A stretch of DNA of 64,000 bases from Vermamoeba vermiformis. Taxonomy: Eukaryota. Location: the NCBI GenBank assembly GCA_045837725.1, contig JBEWZL010000145.1, positions 186,001-250,000 on the forward strand, read 5' to 3'. How positions within the stretch are numbered: position 1 is the first letter of the stretch; every line of letters starts with the position of its first letter. Below, piece by piece: positions 52,484-63,406 of the stretch. A program made the translations under genes and the position numbers. Below the pieces are notes generated by a model. It saw only the letters and a list, made by a program, of their open reading frames with translations. It made no database searches and had not been told where the DNA came from.

Positions 52484-54630
52484 ATGCCCGTTATTACTGT
52501 AGCTAAAACAGAGTTGTTCCGTGTGCTCGGTGAAGAGTTCAGTAAGTTCAGACTCGATCCATTGCAGACGCTACTACTAGTTGTTGACTAACTGCTCTCA
52601 GCTGACGATGAATTCAGTGACCTGTGCTTCAAGTTCGGTATTGAGCTCGATGATATTGTGAGTAGTGTATTATATTATTGATTGTTGGCTCACTTCCATT
52701 TAGCACGCCGAGGATGGATCAAAAGATATTACTAACGTACCTGCTCACAAAATTATGTATAAAATTGAGATACCAGCTAATAGGTACTACATAATTAGCC
52801 AAGACATAATTTTATTATTGAAAACAAGAAATTAAACCGTTCAACAGATACGATCTGCTCTGCCTTGAGGGTCTATCAAGAGCGCTTAGAATATTCCGTG
52901 GCAGAGAAAGCTTGCCCAACTATCGCGTGTCTCAACCAGCGCAGATGCAGCGCATGGTCATCAAAGAGTCCGTGACTGCTATTCGCGGTGTGGTGGTCTG
53001 TGCCGTGCTGCGCAACATGCACTTCACGCAAGCAGCGTACGACAGCTTCATTGACCTGCAAGAGAAGTTGCACGAGAACATCTGTCGCAAGCGCACATTG
53101 GTCAGCATTGGCACGCACGATCTCGACACGATCCAAGGCCCCTTCAGCTACGAGGCCCTGCCCCCGCAAGACATTGTGTTTGCACCGCTGAACAAGACGA
53201 CGGCTGTGACTGGCGCGCAGCTGATGATTGATCTCGCGGCTGACAATCACCTCAAGAAGTACTTGCACATCATTCAACACCTGCCCACCTACCCCGTCAT
53301 ATTCGATGCGCAGCGCCGCGTGCTCTCCTTGCCCCCGATCATCAACGGCAATCACTCCAAGATCACGCTCAACACGCGCAATGTGCTGATTGAGATCACC
53401 GCCACGGACCTCACCAAGGCCCTCACCGTGCTCGACACGATGGTCGCCATGTTCGCGCAGTACTGTGCCGTGCCCTTCGAAGTCGAGCCCGTGGAGATTG
53501 TGCACGAGAAGAGCAATCAAGTGCACGTCTATCCGCAGTGGGGTCAGTGGCCGACTGTCACCGCTGATGCTGCAAAGATCTGCAAACAAGTCGGCATTGA
53601 ACAGCAGCCCGTCGCCGATCTGATCGCCATGCTGCGTCGCATGAGTCTGCCAGCACGTGCCAGTGCCACGTCAGCCACTGAACTCGTGGTCGATGTGCCA
53701 CCCACGCGCAGCGATGTGATTGCCGCGTGCGATGTGATGGAGGACGTGGCGATTGGCTACGGCTTTGAACGCTTGATTGCGCGCAAGACCATCCCGCACA
53801 CCTTGACGAGTGGTCGCCAACAGCCGCTCAACAAGCTCACCGATCAGCTGCGTCACGTGCTCGCTTGCGCTAGCTACGATGAGGTCTTGACATTCGGATT
53901 GGTAAGTGTTGCGGCGTGACATTCGTGACGTTCTAAAAATAGCTCATTGCCCCGTGCAGGTCTCGCGCAAAGAGAACTTCACTTCACTGAACAAGCCAGA
54001 CGACAACTCTGCAGCAGTGATCGCCAATCCCAAGACGCAAGACTTCCAAATCGCACGCACCACGCTGCTGCCTGGTCTGCTCAAGACACTGCAGAGCAAC
54101 AAGAGCTTGCCGCTGCCACTGCGCGTGTTCGAGATCTCCGACGTCGTGCTCAAGGACAGCACGGTGGACGTCGGTGCTGCCAACAAGCGCATGTTGTGCG
54201 CTGTCTACGCCGACACCAGCTCTGGATTCGAGGTGAGTAATTCCGCTCAGTGCTTGACACTTGCTGACACGTGGCACAGAACATTCACGGTCTGTTGGAC
54301 ACGATCATGACTGCCCTCGAAGTGCCTTGGAAACACCGCGATGACAGCAAGAAGAGCCGCGTCAAGACACACGAGGCACATCAAGGTCCCGCACTCAGCT
54401 ACGAAGTGTTGCCTTCTGAAGGTGAGTACTGCACTTAACTACTGACTGGAGCTGTACTAACAACGACATTAGACACCACTTATTTCCCTGGAAAGAGAGG
54501 AGATGTGTATTTGAATGACAAGAAGATCGGTGTCTTTGGTATCTTGCACCCTGAGGTCTTGAAGCACTTTGGTCTTACTGCCCCGTGCTCTGCCCTGCAA
54601 ATTGAGATTGAACACTTTGTTGATTACTAA
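52484..54630 (+). CDS. FARSB: Phenylalanyl-tRNA synthetase beta subunit
   Basis: [77 protein letters not shown]. Confidence 0.97.
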
Positions 54631-54701
54631 ATAAACATTTGGCATTGTCCATCCAGTTTTGGAGCATATCCGTTGATGGTGGTAGCTAGAAAGTTACTAA
54701 G

Positions 54702-55227
54702 TTAGAAAGTTGCACACGAGTAGAGATACCAGAGGAACCTCATTCTATCAAGATCCAATGCAAAGCTTACACCCACTTCAACCAGTTTGCTATCTGCCAG
54801 TAATAGGTGTCTTAAAGCCTTGTATGGCCTGGAATCCGAAAGTAAGTGGACAACTCTTTTGCTCAACATATGAACTGAATGGTCACTGTAGTGTCCACCA
54901 CAGGGAGGCTGTACTGCACATGTGAGCAGCGTGCCCATCCGCAGTTAGAGGGTCCAATTGTGGTTTGAGAGTTTGCCAGTTTGGAAGCAGAGAGTCAGAG
55001 AAGCATCGTCAGATTCATTTCAGGCCCTGCTACTTTGATTCTGAATCCCTTCTTCCTAGAAGTTGCCAACCTCTGCCTTTAGCACCAGCGGACCCAAGGT
55101 ACAATGTTGCATTGGACGCTTTAGGCTAAGTCTGCTGGAGGCTGAAAATGGCATTGTTCTGCAGAACTTAAGTACTAGAACATTGTTCTATATGCTTCAA
55201 TACCATTTAAACTTTGGAAATACCTAG
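54702..55227 (+). pseudogene. Decayed paralog of orphan ORF 56481-57020
   Basis: Colinear blocks LESC, SFYQDP, QPLPLAPADPR, ENGIVLQNLSTRTLFYM; needs two frameshifts and has an in-frame TGA at 54923. Confidence 0.6.
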
Positions 55228-55256
55228 AACTATCACTATGTAACAAGAAAATATAA

Positions 55257-56064
55257 GGAGGTCGGCTTGCATACTGTGAGCTGGACGTCCACCATGGGCA
55301 GGGCGTCCGCTGACCTTAGGTTTTCTCTGACAGTTGCAGCAATTGCTTAGATTATTGTATTATTGATATGTTTCTGCTATATCCAGTGCATCTGATGGTC
55401 TTGGACAATTTCTAAAGGAGCTGGAAAAATTACACTCATCAACAGAACTAATCTTCTGCATACCTCACTTGGCTCCAAATGTTTACAGTTTCAATAGCTA
55501 TTGTAAGCAGCTTGCAAATCTATGCGTGCACTCAAATCAAAGCTGATACAAAAAAGTTGACATGCACACCCTTTCAGCAACATAAAATTTGTAGAGAATT
55601 GAAAATACACCAAGTTCTATACAGAACTATTGATGCATCAATGAGGTTGGTCTGTATAAGTCTTTTTTTTTGCAACCAACTTCAATGGGAGTTCTTCATA
55701 TGTAAGCAACAAAATAGCCAGAAAATTCATAATCAATCTTTATATGGGTGGTTAAGCTCTGTGCTAGTACTTAAATGGGGTTTGCTGAAATCACCAATGT
55801 ATGGCAACTTCATCCCCTCCTAATCTCTGTTCTACAGCACTCCTCAGCAGCCAGAAAGCAAAGTCCACCCATATTATATTCATGTTCTACATGCTGAAAC
55901 AAGGTGCATTTGAATTGGTCAATTACTAAGGTCGGTGGACGCCCCGTCCACGGTGGACACCCTGTCCATGGACGGACACCCTGACCATGGGCGGACGCCC
56001 CGACCACGGACGGACACCCTGACCATGGACGGACACCTTGCTCACCATGTGCAGGACGACCTCC
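55257..56064. mobile_element. Non-autonomous TIR element (PIF/Harbinger-like or foldback-like), TAA flanks
   Basis: Left arm 55257-55319 matches reverse complement of 55926-56064 (GGAGGTCG..TGCA..GTGAGC..GTCC..GACCTTAG); TAA at 55254-56 and 56065-67. Confidence 0.65.
55937..56040 (+). repeat. Tandem 18-19 bp repeat, about 5.5 units, consensus GGACRCCCYGWCCAYGGAC
   Basis: Units start at 55937, 55955, 55974, 55993, 56012, 56031. Confidence 0.95.
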
Positions 56065-56356
56065 TAAGTAATCACAAAGATATTATTGTGACAGCAATTT
56101 GTAAATTAGTAGCATTAAGTATGAACCCATCCATCAGCACATACTTTGTACAACATCACTACACGTATTTTATGCACCACTGAACTTTAGCTACAATTCA
56201 TTGTCACCTAACTGTCCAAAAATTTTTGTATCGTTCATACTTTTTTATGTTGTAACTTTGTCCAGCATGGTGGCAAATCTGTTTATATGGGAATATGCTT
56301 AACCACATACATGGCATATAGAAATCTTGTTAAAATCTTCTTACTTTATGATGTAT

Positions 56357-56420
56357 GGTCGGCGGACACGCAGTCCGTGGCGGACGTCCAATTTTTGCCG
56401 GACAGGACGTCTGCCGTGGC
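56357..56420 (+). repeat. Third, partial copy of the GGTCGG/GGAC repeat family
   Basis: GGTCGGCGGACACGCAGTCCGTGGCGGACGTCC aligns with reverse complement of 55283-55315. Confidence 0.85.
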
Positions 56421-56480
56421 AAACAGTTTTAAAATTGTTGGATATGCTTAATCATATCAGAAAAAAACGACACTATGGCA

Positions 56481-57020
56481 TCAGCTCAGAAAGAACAAAG
56501 TTTGGTGCGAGAGTTCTTTGCAGAACATGCCATTTTCGTATGCAACTCTTTGCGCCTCCGTGCCACTAGTAGTACTTCTTGAGTCCAGTGGTGCTAACGG
56601 CAAAGTTTGGATAAGTTGGCTTACCAACCTCAGTGGCCAGCAACCATGGATTGATGCATTGTCCACACAGATGAGACGTCCACCCCTTAACTTTGGTGCA
56701 GCACTATGGGATGGCATAACTCGCCAGAGGATGGACATCCTCTCAGGGGCTAGCTGAGCATAAGCAATTATGAACCTATTGAAGGTTGGCCAATCCAGTG
56801 TAGAGGACGTAGCCAGCCAGGGTGAGATGTACAGCCTGGCTAAGTTATCTGGCCCAGACAGTTGTATGTCCTGGACAAGTAAAAACTTCCATATGTAGGG
56901 TTTGCAAACCTTTTTGTGTTCGGTAACCATGGTGTGATGAAATTCCCGTCCAAGGAGGCTGGGTCTCTCATAAAAACTCAGATCATGTCCCAGTTCAGAG
57001 ACACAACTTTCAATTCCCAA
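56481..57020 (-). CDS. Orphan ORF of unknown function (start not defined)
   Basis: 179-codon open frame; frame supported by residues shared with paralog at 54702-55227 through different codons (Leu CTC/TTA, Ser TCG/AGT, Thr ACT/ACA). Confidence 0.45.
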   Translation of the reverse strand: MGIESCVSELGHDLSFYERPSLLGREFHHTMVTEHKKVCKPYIWKFLLVQDIQLSGPDNLARLYISPWLATSSTLDWPTFNRFIIAYAQLAPERMSILWRVMPSHSAAPKLRGGRLICVDNASIHGCWPLRLVSQLIQTLPLAPLDSRSTTSGTEAQRVAYENGMFCKELSHQTLFFLS

Positions 57021-57458
57021 AAAAACCGAGGTTCTACTCAGAACATAGATTCATTCTTTTCTGCATGTCACTGTTCTCAAGCCCAGATCATATAATAACA
57101 AATACGAGATTTCTTTGTCTGTTACTAAAGCTGGACACCCCATCCAACCAGCCTCTAGCCTCTGGGCTACTCAAATTCAGGATACATACCATGAACCACT
57201 GGACATCTTTGAAGAGTTACATTTGGGCCTATTCCTCCAAGCACCTGTTTTAAGCAGGAAATCCATTTTAGAATTGCAACTTGGGCAGGTGTCCACGTGA
57301 AATGCTTGTAGACTTTGTACTGTTCATTTTTTTTTGGTGCCTGCCAAAATAACCAGTCCCTAAGGTCGGCCAAGCGAAGGCTAACATTTTTATCTCTGAC
57401 TTTCGTTTTTAATGTTCTCTATGCATAAAATCGTTTATTATGAAGAGGATGGAAGAAA

Positions 57459-58916
57459 TTATTTCTTGGGGTTGTAGCTGTTGGCGAGTTCAGTGCCGCG
57501 AATGAATGTGGGCTCGACATACACATCGTGGTACAATTCTTCAGGCGCGGGTTCAGGGCTTTCACGCGCGAATTTGACGGCCTCATCGACCTCAGCCTTG
57601 AGCTCGTCGCTGATCTTCTTCAACTCCTCGTCGGTGGCGAGCTTGTTGTCCAACAAGTACTGTTGCACCTTCAAGATTGGATCGTGCATGTCGCGCATCT
57701 GTTGCACTTCTTCGCGCGTGCGGTAAGTGGTGCCCGGATCGGACATGGAGTGGCCTTGGAAGCGATAGGTCTTGGCCTCCAAGAAGATCGGGCCCTTGGT
57801 CAGCGCGTGTTCCTTGGCGTACTTGCCGACCTCGCGCGAGACGAGCACGTCCATGCCATCGAACTGCAGGCCTGGCAAGTAGTCACCGCGCGTGTAGAAC
57901 TCTTTGGTGGCACTGGCACGCTCAATGCTGCAAGGGGTGTGAGTATGGACTGTACAGCGCGGCCACATCCGTTACCTGGTACCCATGGCGTAGAGGTTGT
58001 TCTCGACCACGTAGATGACAGGCAGCTTCCAGAGCTGTGCCATGTTGAAGGACTCGTAGACCTGGCCCTGATTGGCGGCACCATCGCCAAAATAGGCAAC
58101 TGTCACTGTGCCAGTCTTGTTGTACTTCTGCGCGAAGGCAATGCCCGTGCCGAGCGGTACTTGTGCGCCGACAATGCCGTTGCCGCCGTAGAAGTTAGTA
58201 GCGCGCTTGTACATGTGCATCGAGCCACCCTTGCCCTTGCTGCAGCCAGTGGATCTGCCCGCGAGTTCAGCGAGCACTTCTTTGGCTGTACCACCGCAGC
58301 GACGCGTGACTAAGAAGCCGTGATCACGATAGGCAGTGATGACGTGATCTTGCGGGGTGAGCGCTGATTCGAGACCACTCGCGACTGCTTCCTAGGAGCA
58401 CATTCAGAACACGAGTTAGCAAATCTGCGAGGAGTGCACTGTGCGAGTGCTGCACATCACCTACCTGACCGTTGTACAAGTGCAAGAAGCCACGAATCAA
58501 TCGGTCCTTGCCAGTGTACAGTGTGTTCGCTGCAACTTCCATTTTGCGGATTAAACTCATCTCGCGATAGTAACCCAAGAGCTCTTCACGCGTGGTGTAA
58601 GTGAACATGGGGGGTGCATCGACGTTGTGTGTTTTATATTGTGACTACACGCAGCATTAGCTCCTTGTTTGTTGGCCATAGAAAATATTTTCACTATTAT
58701 TTGATAATATTGTCAATTATTATTATATTAATTACCTTGAATTCAATCTTCACTGAACCTGCAGGCTGATCAGTCTTCTTAGCTGCATAGCTACGAGTGA
58801 ATATTTGGACCTGCTAATAATAGAGTCAACAAAAGGCTTTGGATCAGCTGCTCCATCTGACTCACGTCCTTGCGCGCAAGTTTCTTGAAAGTCTGCTTGA
58901 CAACTGCCCCCAACAT
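57459..58916 (-). CDS. PDHA1: Pyruvate dehydrogenase E1 alpha
   Basis: [43 protein letters not shown]. Confidence 0.98.
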
Positions 58917-59076
58917 GGTGTATGAACTGAGACTAGAGCTAGCACTACTGCTTCAAATGTCTCCAAGGCATTTTCTGACCGTTGAAGTGAGATCTCAAAG
59001 CACGTGGTGCAGATCTGGCTTGAATCACCGTGTTGTCTGCTAGTAGAGCAACCACAGCACTACAGTACCACACGCC

Positions 59077-59715
59077 ATGGAGAACATTAATTGGCACTTA
59101 TTGCCAGCAGAAGAGCTCGACAAGAAGGTGGATGAGTACCTCGCCGGCACTGGCGACATTAGCGATGAAGTGGCGCAGCAGATCTTGCTCCGTCACGCAG
59201 AACTCGTCAAGCGCGGTGCTATTAGTCCTACTGAGGGGTATCTGGCCAGGTACGCAGATCGACAATTGAATGATAATTATTATTATTTTAATTGCCTAAT
59301 AATAAATTGCAGAAAAAAAGCAGCGCAGCGCGTGATGGTGCCCAACACCAACTTCTTGAAGCAGGTCTTGAAGCAGACAGTCGGCACTGCGGCCAGTGAG
59401 CGCAGATCGGACAAGAAACGTGCGCGCAGTGACAGCGAGAGCGACGAAGAGCGCGCAGTCAAGCGAGCGAGGCACGAGACTAGGACTGAGGACCATAAGG
59501 ACGATGCGCAGCGCATTGGTCCGCAACCAGTACGTGTGATGCGTGGTCGTGGCAGCAGCGGCGCGAGTGTGTTGGATGCGGTGTTTGGCAGCGAGGAGCG
59601 CCACACGACTGACCAGCCTAAGGACAAGAAACACAAGCATAAGAAACATAAAGACAAGAAGCACAAGGACAAGAAGCAAAAGAAGCACAAAAAAGACAAG
59701 CGCAAAGACAAGTAG
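59077..59715 (+). CDS. Uncharacterised Lys-rich, probably nuclear protein
   Basis: PNTNFLKQVLKQT and RGRG..G.S.LD..F blocks, KKHK tail; probable in-frame intron about 59250-59312. Confidence 0.7.
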   Translation: MENINWHLLPAEELDKKVDEYLAGTGDISDEVAQQILLRHAELVKRGAISPTEGYLARYADRQLNDNYYYFNCLIINCRKKAAQRVMVPNTNFLKQVLKQTVGTAASERRSDKKRARSDSESDEERAVKRARHETRTEDHKDDAQRIGPQPVRVMRGRGSSGASVLDAVFGSEERHTTDQPKDKKHKHKKHKDKKHKDKKQKKHKKDKRKDK

Positions 59716-59777
59716 TGCTATTTATAGACCAGCGATTGCCATATATGTACATTGCGTGCCACTCACTGTCACGTGCC

Positions 59778-61520
59778 TCAATCGTCATCGTCGTGCGTGA
59801 TCTGTTTGAAGAACTGCGTGTAGAGCTCTGAATGACAGGTGTCAACCGGCGATCACCACGAATATTGATGCTTACCTTTTTTGGCAATCAACACTTCAGC
59901 AATGCGTGTTTGCATGTCTTTCAACTGCGAAATTTCAGCTTTAGAGCGCGTGACTTGTCTGCCGCGCCAGCTCAACTTGGCCACAGCCACCGCGAGCAGT
60001 GTCAGCACCAGCGCTGCGAGGGCGAGGTAGAAGCGCGTCGATCGATCTGTCACGTGTCAGTGCTCAGCCGTTCACTGAATCGCGACACTTACCGAGCTGC
60101 ATGAAGAAGGCGGAGATGTGAAGCGGATCATCCACCAGGGCTCGATTGACCAGGGCGTGCACGAATGCGAGGCCCGCGAGGAGTGGAAAGAGCGCGAATC
60201 CGAGCACGGAGCACAGCACCGCTCTGTTGCGTCGTGTGGCATTGTGCCGCTGCTTGGTCTCTTCCTCGCGCAGCACGTGACTGACGCGCGTGGTGATGGC
60301 CGCGCAGTCCTGTTCGAGCACGGTGAGCGCGCGCTGCACGTTCTGATTGATCGTCTTCTCTAGCTCACTGCACAGCTCACCGATTGCATTGGGCACTTTG
60401 CTGTGCTCGCGACCTGGGCACGTGGGGGGGTCAGTCACGTGATTGACAGGTGTCACGTACCTTCGACGGGCAGATAGATGGTGGGCAGATCAAAGTTGAC
60501 ATTGCGCAGCGTGGAGGTGAGATTCTGCGTGATTTGAATGATCACTTTCTGACGGTCGTGCGGATTGCTCAGCTGTCAACAGGCGCGTGTTAAATACTAA
60601 TAATCATCATGTTATGAATAGGGGATGCACCGCACCTCATCGGCCTTGGAGAGATAGAACTTGATCTTGTCCGCGCACTGCTTGTTCAAGTTCTCGACGC
60701 AGTTCATGGTGCGCTTGCAGAGAGCTTGGCCCATGGGATCGAAGAAGACGAGCACCAGATCCGCTTGTGCCGCCAAGAAGTAGATCATCTAGCACGCCGT
60801 CAGTGAGGACTCGAGTACAGTCGCGCAACTACCAGACCTCTTCCACGGGGTAGGGATAGGACAGATTGCCATCGACGAGGCCCGGTGTGTCAATGAGCAC
60901 GATCTGTCGCAAGTGGTGCTCGGTGCTCGTGCTTATCTCCGTGCTCAAATAGTCCACGCACGGCTGCAGATCTGCGCGCGACTGCAACTCACTCAGCAGC
61001 GGCCAGTAGTACAGCGAGGCTGCTCCTTTGAGGGTCTCGCGCTTCTTGCCGCTGCTGATGAGTGTGAAGCCAGTAGTCTCCATCGCAACACTCGTCTTTC
61101 TGCGCGGCGTGAGGACTGGATGTGCTGCACACATGCTACGACTACTTACTGAATGGTCTCGCCCACGTACCAGTTAATAAAGCTGCTTTTTCCAGAGCTG
61201 TGATTGCCTATTCGCACGTATTAATACGAGTCCTATCGCACAGCTTGCCACTTGCCCATGATCAGCACGGTGATCTTTTTCCGAGGAGCGATAACTTCTT
61301 TCAATGAGAGCACCTTAGCCATCTCCTCCAAGCCTAATAGTGCTTAGAATAATATTCGGCGCTAATATTTTGTACCATGCTCCTTGTTAGTGTACAACTC
61401 GTGTACAGATTTCAAAATCCGTTCGTTCACGGACAAGGTGCTAGTCTCCAAGGAGTTAGCAGTGTCTCGCTTGAGATTGGAGTCGCTAGTAGAATTGCCG
61501 ACTTGTTTTCTCTTGGGCAT
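59778..61520 (-). CDS. Dynamin/EHD-like P-loop GTPase with two C-terminal hydrophobic helices
   Basis: MGNHSSGKSSFINWY, ETTGFT, LIDTPGLVDG, FFDPMGQALCKRT, FYLSKAD; spliced end HDDDD*. Confidence 0.8.
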
Positions 61521-61626
61521 TGTGGTTGTGTACTGCCTGGCCTGCAATTAATTGGCCTGGATGGACTGTTTTGCCAATCACTCCATTCGAACACCACTGC
61601 TTCGAGTTTGTATATTAATATCACAT

Positions 61627-62246
61627 ATGTCGTGGCGTGCACGTATATCCACCAATTTGAAAGAGCTTGTTATTACTCACAATGCCAAGGCTGAATCCGC
61701 GGGAGTCAGGCACGACTAATTTGATTTAATAACAAAAATAATAATAACACGAGAAATATTACTCATGCGATAAGAAAGCAATAATCACTATTTATTGCTG
61801 CGAGTAAATATTTGATATTCATTTTTTTGCGCAATTCAAGCCAAAGCCATTCAGTTGAAGACGAAACAATAGCTAATAATAATTATTATTCTAGGAATTA
61901 TTTCCAGAAGAATTACGGCAATTTGAAGCATTTGAACCCTGGCTTCCCTTTCTTGGTTCGAACTGGCGAGGCACATCCAGCCAAATTTGTCGCTACTTAT
62001 GGTAATTGGAATTGAATGCAGGATATTAGGAGTGCATATATATTTACGTATGAAATATCTACAGATTTTGGCGGTACTACAGAACGAGATCTGACAAATT
62101 TGAGCGAGAAGGACGTGGAACAGACACTGAAAGAGCTGGTACAAATAGGACAAGTAGCACTCAAAGCAGACATGTATCACTTCCAAGAATCAGCTCCTTC
62201 TGACCTCGACGTGGTTGACTTTGCTGAGATCAAGCGACGTCACTAA
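61627..62246 (+). CDS. NDUFA2: Complex I subunit B8 (L51/S25/CI-B8 family)
   Basis: MSWR..LKEL..SAGVR|NYFQKNYGNLKHLNPGFPFLVR..Y|DFG; intron 1 is GC-AG. Confidence 0.88.
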
Positions 62247-62345
62247 ATCTGTCTCTCAGGTGCGCAAAATAAATATTCAAAGCTACCAATGCACGATACA
62301 ATACACCTAGTGCACATACAACCAGTTGAACAAGATCTATTTACA

Positions 62346-63322
62346 TCAGCGAGACTCGTACAGTGTCTTGTCCCGCAGCGTGTTGCGGATAAATTGTTGC
62401 AATTCTTGACCACGTGACACAGCTGCGTGTCGTGCGGCAGTCAACACGTGCTCGGGCAGAGCGAACTGTGTGCCGTGCTCGCTGTCACTGAGCGCACTCC
62501 ACTCAGCCACGACTTGGCCCGCACGATTGAGCACAAAGTGACACTGCGCGTGACAGTGCGCGCTGAATGCCTCGCTGGCACTGGGCTCCACAGTGACGGT
62601 GTAGGCCTGTGTGGCACTGCTGTCGCGCATCACCGCGCAGTGCACGGCAGTGAGAGGTGTCGTCAGCGGTATACCTGCATCGAGCAGCGCGACTGTGGTG
62701 GCATTGATGCACGTCGGCAACAGCTAGCAAGTCAATTAGCCCTGTGTATTTACCGCTGCTGATATATACGTACTGATGCACCACCGTCTTTCAAGATCTG
62801 AATGACAATGTTGATTTGAGTGCGTGGATGGAGGGCCAACAATATTTGACTTTTGAAAGCATTGAGAATGAACTGTTGTAAAAACTGCAAATAAGGACCA
62901 CGATTGCAGTTCGTATTTGTGTAAGTATAGTGTGTATTGTGTGTTGGGGGTAGAATTGTAACTTCTGGATCGCTGCGATCGAGAAATTCACGAAATCTAT
63001 TTGCTGGTTGTCCAGGACCATATACAGCTACCAATACTGAACTTGTGTCGTCATCTTTCTGATCTTCTTCTCCTTCGGGCTTTTTCCTCGAGTCAATCCA
63101 TGCAGATCCGTCTATTAAAAATATTTGAAATATTAAATATGTGCCATAATAATTGCCCTTTTGCTTTTTACGTTCTAAGGTTAATCAAGTAAATTGTAAA
63201 ATAAAAACGAGTATTCTTTTTAACAAAATATTATCAGATCGCATTTTACCTGCTCGGGATAGAACTGAAGCTCGACAACTTAACAGTCGATATCTCTCAA
63301 CAATACGATTATCAAGTTCCAT
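62346..63322 (-). CDS. EXOSC5: Exosome RNase PH subunit Rrp46
   Basis: LSRA|DGSA, LVAVYGP, LHPRTQINIVIQI, CINATTVALLDAGIPL. Confidence 0.88.
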
Positions 63323-63406
63323 TTATGTACGGCTAAATAAACAGCAACAACAAACAAACATAGCTACGGTTGCGAAAATTGTTCGGGCCTGTCGGCACGT
63401 GATAGT

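Larger units (their letters stand above)
54640..57420. mobile_element. CpG-depleted repeat-derived island between convergent FARSB and PDHA
   Basis: Abrupt CpG loss (1 CG in 55321-55920), GGTCGG-family repeats, paralogous orphan ORFs; far longer than any other intergenic gap here; limits approximate. Confidence 0.65.

Noticed and set aside
54720-55256. Stop-codon reassignment or selenocysteine readthrough in the island (shared in-frame TAG in one alternative frame; TGA at 54923)
   Set aside because: That frame contains all three stop types, synonymous conservation favours another frame, no SECIS was seen, and CGA>TGA decay explains the TGA
55937-56040. CRISPR-like array
   Set aside because: Units are contiguous with no unique spacers, there are no cas genes and the context is eukaryotic
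56570-56615. Kinase glycine-loop-like LESSGANGKVW on the plus strand
   Set aside because: No VAIK, HRD or DFG motifs follow, and it is antisense to the better supported ORF
57358-57365. CCCTAA telomeric seed
   Set aside because: Single hexamer that is part of the CTAAGGTCGG motif
3610-63322. Functional cluster of translation and ribosome-biogenesis genes
   Set aside because: Interspersed with unrelated housekeeping genes; enrichment cannot be shown from one window
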